A stretch of DNA of 32,000 nucleotides, taken from the NCBI GenBank assembly GCA_965219535.1, contig CBDCNV010000002.1, forward strand, positions 2,220,001 to 2,252,000, in the 5' to 3' direction. Source of the DNA: Opitutales bacterium. Lineage in GTDB: Bacteria; Verrucomicrobiota; Verrucomicrobiia; Opitutales; PNEW01. Shown here piece by piece: positions 24,329 through 31,731 of this stretch. Made by a program: the position numbers and the translations under genes. The notes under the pieces are model-generated. The model made no database searches. It was not told the origin of the DNA and worked only from the letters and a program-made list of their open reading frames with translations. Every line of letters starts with the position of its first letter. Position 1 is the first letter of the stretch.

Positions 24329-24355
24329 GGTGGAACGCGGTGTCCCTACCGCGTT
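24329..24355 (+). repeat. REP-like hairpin (family B), copy 4
   Basis: GGTGGAACGCGGTGTCCCTACCGCGTT is the exact reverse complement of the distal arms at 3058..3084 and 7196..7222. Confidence 0.75.
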
Positions 24356-24398
24356 ATTCTTGACACTCTTTGTTTATTCTTAGTTAAGATCGCAACTG

Positions 24399-25241
24399 AT
24401 GTTAAGTCGCAGAAAAGGGTATTTGAAGCCGCGGACGGGCCGCGTTTCTAAAGCAAGTCGTCAGTTGGAGGACGAGGGTTACACACTTTTACGGAAGGTG
24501 CTTAGCGAAGAGGAAGTCAATAATCTCGCACAAGAAATCAATGAGGTTTATGATAAGCTGCCTCCCGATCGCCGGGCGAGCCTTGGTATTTTGGAAGAGG
24601 ATCAGGCTTTTCGTTATGAAATGTTCAATCGCAGTGCCTTGTGCCAGGAAGTTGTCGCCCATCCGAATATCTTGAAGACTATAGAACCTTTGTTGGGTGA
24701 AGATTGTCACGTTATTGCGAACACGAGCTGGCGCAATCCACCGGGTTCAGATCCGGAACATAAGGGCGGAGTCTGGCACATAGACGGCGGTCCACACATT
24801 CCACTTACCGATGATCAGGTATGGCCGAGCGACATCCCACATCCGATTTTTGCGATCGGTACACATATCTTTCTCAAGGATTGTCCAATGGAATGCGGCC
24901 CTACGGGCGTAATTCCCGGGAGCCATCTTTCAGGCAAACCGGCACCGCTCAATTATGATATGTCGGTGACTTGGAACAATGTTTCGGTAAAGCCCCTTCC
25001 TGCCAAAGCGGGCGATGTCGCGATGTTCGTCTCAGATATTTGGCACAGACGGATGCCAACATCCGAAGAAGATAGTGGCCGATTCTTTCTCCAGGTGCAT
25101 TACGCGCGAAGAGACATAGCGCAACGATTAAGACGGACAGCTGATGTCAATCAAGTCTCGCCACAAGCCATCGCGCGCATCAAAAGTGATCGTGAAAAAA
25201 CATTACTCGGGTTGCACCCCCCGAAATTCTATGACGGTTAA
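24399..25241 (+). CDS. PhyH-family Fe(II)/2OG dioxygenase (singleton type)
   Basis: 280 aa. LEDEGYTLLRKVLSEEEV N-terminus, WHIDGG (HxD), GVIPGSHLSG and IWHRRMP. Confidence 0.8.
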   Translation: MLSRRKGYLKPRTGRVSKASRQLEDEGYTLLRKVLSEEEVNNLAQEINEVYDKLPPDRRASLGILEEDQAFRYEMFNRSALCQEVVAHPNILKTIEPLLGEDCHVIANTSWRNPPGSDPEHKGGVWHIDGGPHIPLTDDQVWPSDIPHPIFAIGTHIFLKDCPMECGPTGVIPGSHLSGKPAPLNYDMSVTWNNVSVKPLPAKAGDVAMFVSDIWHRRMPTSEEDSGRFFLQVHYARRDIAQRLRRTADVNQVSPQAIARIKSDREKTLLGLHPPKFYDG

Positions 25242-25259
25242 AAGAATCAAATAAACCAA

Positions 25260-26015
25260 ATGGAATTAAAAGGAAAAGCAGCTTTAATCACGGGCGGCAA
25301 CAGCGGAATCGGTAAAGCTATCGCATACGCCTTGGCGGAAAGGGGAACTGAAGTACTGATAAGTGGCCGACGGGAAGACCAGAACCGCGCGGTTGCCGAA
25401 GCGATCAGTAAAAAAACCGGGACCCGGGTAGAGGCGGTAACCGCCGATGTCAGTCTTGAGGAAGATTGTGAAATGATGGTGCGCCGAACAATTGAACTGT
25501 TTGGAAAAATCGATATCTGTGTTAATAGCGCCGGGGTCTCAACGGGACCCCAATTTTCGGACCTTTCCACTGAAGTCTTTGATCAAGTACTGAAAACCAA
25601 TTTATACGGAGCGTTCTGGTGTTCACGAGCCGCATATAACGCGATGCGTAAGAATAAACTAAGTTCTCCGGATGATATTCGTGGTTATATCATAAACATA
25701 TCATCGGTTGTAGGACTGGAAGCTTACGCGCGAAGTGGGGCTGGGAGCGGCGTTTACAGCGCTTCCAAATTCGGCATGATGTCGCTCAACCAGGGCATGT
25801 CTGGTTCGGGGCAGAAGGAGTTGATAAAAGTTACCGCGATCTGCCCGGCAATGGTTGCTACGCCAATGACTGACGAATGGAGAAACAACAACAGTAAAGA
25901 AGGTGATGAATTTATTGAACCAGAAGATGTAGCAGAAACGGTCCTTTACCTCACACGCCTCTCACGTGCCGTCTGGCCCGTGCAGGAAGTTTTACCCCGA
26001 CGTGAAGTGGAGTAG
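25260..26015 (+). CDS. Short-chain dehydrogenase/reductase (SDR)
   Basis: 251 aa. Cofactor motif ITGGNSGIGKA, NSAG, catalytic-type NISS and YSASK (YxxxK). It starts 18 nt after the upstream dioxygenase stop. Confidence 0.88.
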   Translation: MELKGKAALITGGNSGIGKAIAYALAERGTEVLISGRREDQNRAVAEAISKKTGTRVEAVTADVSLEEDCEMMVRRTIELFGKIDICVNSAGVSTGPQFSDLSTEVFDQVLKTNLYGAFWCSRAAYNAMRKNKLSSPDDIRGYIINISSVVGLEAYARSGAGSGVYSASKFGMMSLNQGMSGSGQKELIKVTAICPAMVATPMTDEWRNNNSKEGDEFIEPEDVAETVLYLTRLSRAVWPVQEVLPRREVE

Positions 26016-26060
26016 AAGAGCTAAGCGATAATGCGTATATGCGTGAACGAGACAATTGAA

Positions 26061-26086
26061 GATTGCGGATATCGGATTGCGGATTT
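26061..26086 (+). repeat. GATTGCGGAT-word repeat (family F), left copy
   Basis: GATTGCGGATATCGGATTGCGGATTT. 23 of 25 positions match the reverse complement of 27266..27290. Confidence 0.7.
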
Positions 26087-26115
26087 ATCGTAATGAAATC
26101 AACTATCTTTACCTT

Positions 26116-26157
26116 GAACCCTGAACCCTGAACCCTGAACCCTGAACCCTGAACCCT
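26116..26157 (+). repeat. Perfect tandem heptamer (GAACCCT)x6
   Basis: Six exact GAACCCT units ending 9 nt upstream of the ATG at 26167. Confidence 0.95.
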
Positions 26158-26166
26158 GCAACGTGC

Positions 26167-27060
26167 ATGTCCGTATTAAGTAAAGAAGATAGAGCATTCT
26201 GGGACGAGAATGGTTACGTTATCATTCACGAAGCTGTCCCCCCGGAAAATATAAAAGCTGCATCAGATGCGATTTGGGATTTTTTGGAAATGCAACCCGA
26301 CGATGAGGAGAGTTGGTATCCCGATCCGCCCAGCAAAAGTATAGGGGTCAAACTGTATCATCACCAGGCTATATGGGACAATCGTCAGTGCCCTCGCGTA
26401 TATCAAGCCTTTGCAGAGATCTGGGGAACGGATCATTTGTGGGTTAGTTTTGACCAGGCCAGCATGAGCCCACCGGATCGTTCTCACCCAAAAGATTCTG
26501 GAAAACTGTTCAGTGAGAACTCTTCAAAACAACCCATTCCGATGCACTGGGATATCCCATTAGAACGACCATTGCCATTTGCTGTTCAAGGGGTGCTCTA
26601 TCTGAAAGACACAACAGCGGAAATGGGAGCGTTTACCTGTGTGCCTGGATTCCATCGCAAGACAGAAGCATGGTTAGAAAACTTACCTGCGGATGCCAAT
26701 CCGCGTAAGCAAAATCTCATGAACCTCGACGTAAAGCCGATTTCCGGTAAAGCTGGAGACCTCATCATTTGGCAAGGTGCACTGCCTCACGGTGCAGGTC
26801 AGAATATAGCGAGGCATCCCCGGGTTGTGCAGTATATTAGTATGTTCCCGGCAAAGGAAGAGGACGAAGAAACGCGAAATTATCGCATCGATTCATGGCG
26901 CAATAACCTGGTAGGTGGTGGGGCTTGGGGTGTGATGCACGAGTTACCTTTCAGCAAGAAAGTGGAGTTGCACAAGGAAAAGGAACATGCGATAGGTCAG
27001 AGAGCAGAGTTGACCCCCTTAGGCCGAAAACTGTTGGGATTGGATTCCTGGGAACGCTAA
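26167..27060 (+). CDS. PhyH-family Fe(II)/2OG dioxygenase, group I paralog 3
   Basis: 297 aa. FWDENGYVIIHEAVPPENI, MHWD, CVPGFHRK, LPHGAG, and the same C-terminal LTPLGRKLLGLDSWER as paralog 1. Confidence 0.82.
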   Translation: MSVLSKEDRAFWDENGYVIIHEAVPPENIKAASDAIWDFLEMQPDDEESWYPDPPSKSIGVKLYHHQAIWDNRQCPRVYQAFAEIWGTDHLWVSFDQASMSPPDRSHPKDSGKLFSENSSKQPIPMHWDIPLERPLPFAVQGVLYLKDTTAEMGAFTCVPGFHRKTEAWLENLPADANPRKQNLMNLDVKPISGKAGDLIIWQGALPHGAGQNIARHPRVVQYISMFPAKEEDEETRNYRIDSWRNNLVGGGAWGVMHELPFSKKVELHKEKEHAIGQRAELTPLGRKLLGLDSWER

Positions 27061-27108
27061 CGCGCGTCAAAAAGTCAAAAGGTCAAAAGGTCAAAAAGTT
27101 GAAGACGG
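27061..27108 (+). repeat. Family C octamer array, copy 6 (best preserved)
   Basis: CGCGCGTCAAAAAGTCAAAAGGTCAAAAGGTCAAAAAGTTGAAGACGG begins at the first base after the stop codon. Confidence 0.85.
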
Positions 27109-27133
27109 ACTCCTAAACTCAACATAACTTTTA

Positions 27134-27157
27134 AACGCGCTAGGGACAGCCCGCTCC
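27134..27157 (-). repeat. REP-like hairpin (family B), copy 5
   Basis: The minus strand reads GGAGCGGGCTGTCCCTAGCGCGTT, matching the proximal arm at 7151..7173. Confidence 0.7.
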
Positions 27158-27265
27158 GCAGTAAACTAGTTAGTATCAAAATTCTCTCTTGTGCCTTTTG
27201 TGGCTATCTTTTCTTTTACTCAGTTACCTCTGCGCCTCTGCGGTCCAATCTTCTTCCCCAATCAG

Positions 27266-27290
27266 AAATCCGCATTCCGACATCCGCAAT
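27266..27290 (-). repeat. Family F repeat, right copy (inverted)
   Basis: The reverse complement is ATTGCGGATGTCGGAATGCGGATTT. It sits 6 nt past the GH32-like gene stop. Confidence 0.7.
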
Positions 27291-27295
27291 TGTTA

Positions 27296-28750
27296 TCAGT
27301 CTACTTCTGGGGCCCAGATACGATTCTCTTTGGCTTCGAGGAAACCCTGGTTGGTGGGTTTGAGTTTCCAGATTTCCAGTTTTTTGATTCTTGTCGGGTT
27401 GTTGCCCCATATGCCGAAGAAGGTATACGCTTTTAGACTGTTACCTTCATCTTTGTAAGTCATATGGGCGGTCAATGCCGCCTGACGGCCGTTGATGAAG
27501 ACTTCCACCAGGTACTTATCGACGAAGATACGCAGGTCAAAATCTTCCCCATCCGGGAGATTGGCGACAGAAAACGGTGCCTCGGTTTCGCCGATGCATA
27601 CAGTACCTGTCTCGGGACGAATCAGAATAAGGAGGCCTTCACTGTTTTCGCCGGCGAACAACCGGAAGCCGAAACGCCTGCGGTCAGCCGCTGCTCTTTC
27701 CATGGAGACGCGCACCTCGAAAGCATCCGTCTCGATTTCGGCGATGGACAGCTCCTCTGACGAAATCACTTCGAGGTCGTTGAATATTTGTTCTTCGTGC
27801 CGAAGCGTCTCGAGCTCACGCAGTGGTTGAATATTCAGGCTTCCATCCTCGTGAAGACTCAGCTCACGTGGTAATGACTGGATCGACTTCAGGTTGATTT
27901 CCGGATCGAGGGTCGTAAGCCATGACCACATTACACGGCGACCATCTGCTGTGAGGACACTTTCCGGTGCAAAAAAGTCACGGTAGCAAGGCTCTGTGAG
28001 TGACTGACCGAGCCGTCTCCAATTCATACGTCCATGGGTGTGAGGAACGAACTGCTCGGCTTTGGTATCCCAGTCGCCGAGGTAGTAGCGGCAGCCGATC
28101 GTATGGCTGATACACAGCAGCATCCACTGGTTTTCAAACGGGTAGAAATGGGCGCACGAAAGATCTTCGCCGATCGCAACATCCGGCATGTCGTGCTTCA
28201 TGAATGGCCCGACATAAGTCCAGTTGATTAGATCAGTGGACTTGCACAGCGGAACATCGTCGGCAGCGGAATAGGCGTAATAAGTGTCGTCGATGCGAAA
28301 ACAGTCAGGATCGTGGGTTAAACCGATATCCTTTCCGTCGGGACCACCTTTCGGCAGTATCGGATAGGGTTTCTCCCATTCACTGAGCTGATTGTCCTTT
28401 GCGACCGCGATGTACGTTTGATTCGGTTCTGCCAAACCCGCGTAGATGGCCGCATGTTTTCCCTCCGCGGTAATGAATCCGGTGCCGCTGAACATGCCGG
28501 TAGCGGTAAAGGAAGGTTGCAGCTTGGTGGACTGCCATGTCCAGTGCAGCATGTCGGGACTGGTGACGTGGACAAAAGAGTAGGAAGTTTTATTCTGAAA
28601 AAGATGTCGCAGAATGTAGTGCAGGTGGTAGACACCGTCCAAGTAATAGGCGACGTTAGGATCGCCCGGTGCACTGTCACCACCTGGGTGCATCAAGTGG
28701 TAGTTGAGTGTCAAGTCGTCGGAAACGATTTCTTCATCAGTGTGTTTCAT
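27296..28750 (-). CDS. Glycoside hydrolase family 32-like protein (beta-propeller plus C-terminal beta-sandwich), cytoplasmic
   Basis: 484 aa. YHLMHPGGDSAPGDPNVAYYLDGVYHLHY resembles the GH32 WMNDPNG...G.YHLFYQ block. The C-terminal FDLRIFVDKYLVEVFINGRQAALT resembles the GH32 beta-sandwich signature. No signal peptide. Confidence 0.65.
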   Translation of the reverse strand: MKHTDEEIVSDDLTLNYHLMHPGGDSAPGDPNVAYYLDGVYHLHYILRHLFQNKTSYSFVHVTSPDMLHWTWQSTKLQPSFTATGMFSGTGFITAEGKHAAIYAGLAEPNQTYIAVAKDNQLSEWEKPYPILPKGGPDGKDIGLTHDPDCFRIDDTYYAYSAADDVPLCKSTDLINWTYVGPFMKHDMPDVAIGEDLSCAHFYPFENQWMLLCISHTIGCRYYLGDWDTKAEQFVPHTHGRMNWRRLGQSLTEPCYRDFFAPESVLTADGRRVMWSWLTTLDPEINLKSIQSLPRELSLHEDGSLNIQPLRELETLRHEEQIFNDLEVISSEELSIAEIETDAFEVRVSMERAAADRRRFGFRLFAGENSEGLLILIRPETGTVCIGETEAPFSVANLPDGEDFDLRIFVDKYLVEVFINGRQAALTAHMTYKDEGNSLKAYTFFGIWGNNPTRIKKLEIWKLKPTNQGFLEAKENRIWAPEVD

Positions 28751-28913
28751 TAGTGTGTCCTCTCAATTCTATTCATTATGGAAAATTCAATCTTTTCAAA
28801 AGGAGATGATAGGTTAAAATATTTCACAAGAAAATATTCGACCATATTCTATATCAATTACAATAAGATCGACATGGTTCCTTATGAATTTGCCTCCTTA
28901 GTTACCATTCGAT

Positions 28914-29753
28914 TTATTTTTTTATTAAAGAGGACAAATCATTTCCTTGTGGTCTGGAGTGACAGGTCCAATAATTATATCGATTCTTTCCTCTACATAG
29001 AATCGATTTTTCTGCATAATTTTTCTGCTTATTATCAATAACGTGGACTTCAGGAGGACAGTAGCGAATGGTGAGTCCGCATCGCCTGCGCATTGAATCA
29101 TTTGAGGTTGAACCGTGAACCATCATATCGGCATAAAGAGAAATTTCCCCCGCTTTTAAATTATTAAATACGGGTTTGCCATACCGTGTTACATTTGTGA
29201 TTTCCTGCTCTAATACTGCGGGTTTATCAGTTTTTTCCCAATTGAAATGCCCGAGCTTATGCGTGCCGGGAATAAACTGCATGGCCGCGTTATCAGGATC
29301 GGCATCGTCGATCGCAAGCCATACGGTAACGGTTCGCGATGGGCTTATCGGCCAATAGGATGCATCCTGATGCCAGGGAACTACCTTTTTGTCCTGCGGC
29401 AGTTTACAAAAATAGTGAGTCCCCCAGGCGATGATGTCGGGCCCGATCAGATCTTCCACGTAATCGAGTATTCTGGAGTCCGTTACTATATCCCAGATTT
29501 CTCCACAATGGACATGATAACCATTAATCGCATAGGCCAAATCGCCCTTGTGTTTCCCATTTAGGAGATTGAGCAAATGATCAAAGTAGTCCCGGTTCTT
29601 TATTACCTCCGCGTCAGAGAAAATTCTTAATGGTTTCAAATAACCATTTTTATTATAGAAGCTTATCTGCTCAACCGAAAGACTCTTAGGGTGGCCATTG
29701 ATCACCGGTTTAAATGACAGATCTTTTTTTTCTAAAACAGATTTGTTTTGCAC
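28914..29753 (-). CDS. PhyH-family Fe(II)/2OG dioxygenase (classical PWHQD type)
   Basis: 279 aa. FYNKNGYLKPLRIFSDAEV, PWHQDASYW (HxD), QFIPGTHKLG and MVHGSTSN. Confidence 0.85.
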   Translation of the reverse strand: MQNKSVLEKKDLSFKPVINGHPKSLSVEQISFYNKNGYLKPLRIFSDAEVIKNRDYFDHLLNLLNGKHKGDLAYAINGYHVHCGEIWDIVTDSRILDYVEDLIGPDIIAWGTHYFCKLPQDKKVVPWHQDASYWPISPSRTVTVWLAIDDADPDNAAMQFIPGTHKLGHFNWEKTDKPAVLEQEITNVTRYGKPVFNNLKAGEISLYADMMVHGSTSNDSMRRRCGLTIRYCPPEVHVIDNKQKNYAEKSILCRGKNRYNYWTCHSRPQGNDLSSLIKK

Positions 29754-29785
29754 AATTTAATTCAGTATCAAATATTAAATGATGG

Positions 29786-29806
29786 AGCTTTGAACATTTC
29801 AAAGCT
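29786..29806. promoter_or_regulatory. Palindrome in a divergent promoter region
   Basis: AGCTTTGAA-CAT-TTCAAAGCT has perfect 9 bp arms. It lies between the divergent dioxygenase genes starting at 29753 (minus) and 29872 (plus). Confidence 0.35.
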
Positions 29807-29871
29807 AAGTTGTATTTTAGACATTGCGCATTGGGCTTAGCAAAACATTTAATTTATAGAGGAATCGCTAA

Positions 29872-30645
29872 TTGAAACTCAAGGAATCAGAAGTTCAATC
29901 ATTTCAACAAGAGGGATACTTGAAGGTCCCTCATCGGGTAATCGAGGAAGAACACCTCCAACGTCTTGTCAGATCTTATGACGCGGTATTTAATGACCAT
30001 GAAGTAGGAGAGGGTGTACGCAACCTTTCGAAAGCGGAATCGACAACTGAAGAAACCGTGGAAACAGATGACGGGAAAATGTGGCAGGTAATGGGGATGT
30101 GGAAAAGAAGTGAGGATTTCCAGCAACTACTCTATCACAAACCGTTACTAGACATTGCTGAGAGTCTGATTGGTGGAAACATACAGTTATATCATGACCA
30201 GGCACTTTATAAGCCGGCAAACAACGGCGGGCCTATTCCGTGGCATCAAGACAATGCCTATTGGCGTTGTCAGCCGGCAGGCCTGGTCAGTATCTGGATT
30301 GCTCTTGACGATGCCGATGAAGAAAACGGTTGTATGAATGTCATCCCCGGCAGTCACGCGAGAGGTGCGTTGGAGCATTCGCGGGCTAAGACGGGCGATG
30401 GGAATACATCAGCTATATTAATGACATCCCAGGTAGATGATAGCAAAGCAGTTCCCATACCTCTGACCGCGGGCCATGCCATGGTTCATCACTGTTTAAT
30501 GTTCCATACCACGCGACCAAACTATTCCAACCGTGACCGGCGGGCAATGGTCATTCACTATATGCCAGTGGGCACCCGCAATGGTGAAGGGGAGTTGTTG
30601 GAAGAGGAAGACTATCCGCTATTGAGAGGAAAGAACGTTAATTAG
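29872..30645 (+). CDS. PhyH-family Fe(II)/2OG dioxygenase (classical PWHQD type)
   Basis: 257 aa with a TTG start in the ORF track. FQQEGYLKVPHRVIEEEHL, PWHQDNAYW, MNVIPGSHARG and LMFHTTRPN. Confidence 0.82.
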   Translation: MKLKESEVQSFQQEGYLKVPHRVIEEEHLQRLVRSYDAVFNDHEVGEGVRNLSKAESTTEETVETDDGKMWQVMGMWKRSEDFQQLLYHKPLLDIAESLIGGNIQLYHDQALYKPANNGGPIPWHQDNAYWRCQPAGLVSIWIALDDADEENGCMNVIPGSHARGALEHSRAKTGDGNTSAILMTSQVDDSKAVPIPLTAGHAMVHHCLMFHTTRPNYSNRDRRAMVIHYMPVGTRNGEGELLEEEDYPLLRGKNVN

Positions 30646-30881
30646 ACAAGTAAGCAGGTCCTTCGGCGACGCTCAGGGCAGGCAGGTGTCGGGTGTCGGA
30701 AGAGATAGTCGCTATCACGTTTATGATCAATCTGGATTCTGCAATTGATTCGGCCACCGCTTAGAGCTAATGGAGATATATGATGGACAATGAAAACGAC
30801 GGTCAATAGACTGGATTGGAACTGGATGTTTATTTGAATTCCATGCACGCTTAATTTTACACGAAAGATAAAAATGGAAGA

Positions 30882-31658
30882 TTGCCGATGCTAACCAAAC
30901 AGCAAGTTACATTTTTTAATACCTTTGGTTTTATCATCCTCAGAAAAGTGTTTTCGGAAAATGAACTCGCTATTATTAATGATGAGTTTAATCGAGGGGC
31001 TATAGATAAGCGGCAAATCCACCCGACGCTTACTAACTGGTCTAACCTTGGCACAGAAGCATCTTTCTTAAGCGAGTTGCCGGAAGATCCGCGAATATGT
31101 GTAACGGCAGAACAGTTATTTGGAGAAGACGCGGTAGCGATGTCATCGAACAGTAGCCGCCGCGTGGGCGACACACACTGGCATACTGATCGGCCTGACC
31201 CCCATTCTTACGGAATGAAATTTTCCGCTTATCTGCAGCCTATCGATGCCAGTAATGGCGCGCTTCGTGTCATACCGGGATCACACAAGAAACCCTATAT
31301 AGATAATCTGAAAAAAATGGAATTGAATACTCCGGATATAAGTGTGCCCGCGTATACCTGTGAGTCATATCCAGGAGACATTGTCCTTTTCAACTTAGCT
31401 ATATGGCATTCCAGTTGGGGTGGATCCTCTGACCGCCGCGTGTGTACCATGGACTTTTACAAAAATCCTAAAACACCTGAAGAAGAAGAGGCTATTTATG
31501 ATCAGGTGAAAATCGATAAAGAAGTTTACGCAAAACTCCGTACTAGCGGGACGAATTTCCATCCCCAATGGGTAGCCAATTCTAAAAACAGTTCCCGACG
31601 TCAGCGCTGGATCGATTGGTTGCGGAAATATGAGTATGTCGAATCGAATGCGACCTGA
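30882..31658 (+). CDS. PhyH-family Fe(II)/2OG dioxygenase (group III)
   Basis: 258 aa. FFNTFGFIILRKVFSENEL, HWHTDR (HxD), LRVIPGSHKKP and IWHSSWGG. Confidence 0.8.
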   Translation: MPMLTKQQVTFFNTFGFIILRKVFSENELAIINDEFNRGAIDKRQIHPTLTNWSNLGTEASFLSELPEDPRICVTAEQLFGEDAVAMSSNSSRRVGDTHWHTDRPDPHSYGMKFSAYLQPIDASNGALRVIPGSHKKPYIDNLKKMELNTPDISVPAYTCESYPGDIVLFNLAIWHSSWGGSSDRRVCTMDFYKNPKTPEEEEAIYDQVKIDKEVYAKLRTSGTNFHPQWVANSKNSSRRQRWIDWLRKYEYVESNAT

Positions 31659-31731
31659 ATAGTTTTGACCAGCTTAGTGAAGGTATTTATCTTCGTCCTT
31701 TCTGATTCCCAATCTCAAGTTAACTAAAATT

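Noticed and set aside
24151-24355. The dense short repeats downstream of genes could be mistaken for a CRISPR array.
   Set aside because: The units are 7-8 nt and directly tandem, with no 25-40 nt repeats alternating with unique spacers. No cas genes are present.
24360-24390. A sigma70-like promoter (TTGACA at 24360..24365 with TAAGAT at 24385..24390) lies upstream of the dioxygenase at 24399.
   Set aside because: The spacer is 19 nt and the -10 matches only 4 of 6 positions. The -10 would end only 8 nt before the ATG. Promoter consensus for this (probably PVC-like) lineage is uncertain, so I did not call it as a feature.
26116-26157. The (GAACCCT)n array superficially resembles telomeric repeats (TTAGGG/TTTAGGG-like on the other strand).
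   Set aside because: It is only six units long. It lies internally, between two ordinary bacterial genes, and it belongs to the local family of heptamer words. Nothing else suggests a linear replicon end or eukaryotic DNA.
27189-27458. The ORFs 27189..27458 and 27191..27436 have hydrophobic, signal-peptide-like N-termini in the spacer after dioxygenase paralog 3.
   Set aside because: They run antisense into the 3' end of the GH32-like gene. They start inside repeat-rich spacer DNA and have low-complexity sequence. Nothing supports them as real genes.
30646-30881. A GC-rich stretch (GGTCCTTCGGCGACGCTCAGGGCAGGCAGGTGTCGGGTGTCGG) and the ORF 30642..30848 sit in the spacer between two dioxygenase genes.
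   Set aside because: It is a single copy in this window with no inverted partner or conserved hairpin. The ORF is antisense-oriented and has an arginine-rich, low-complexity end. The evidence is too thin to call a repeat, an RNA or a gene.
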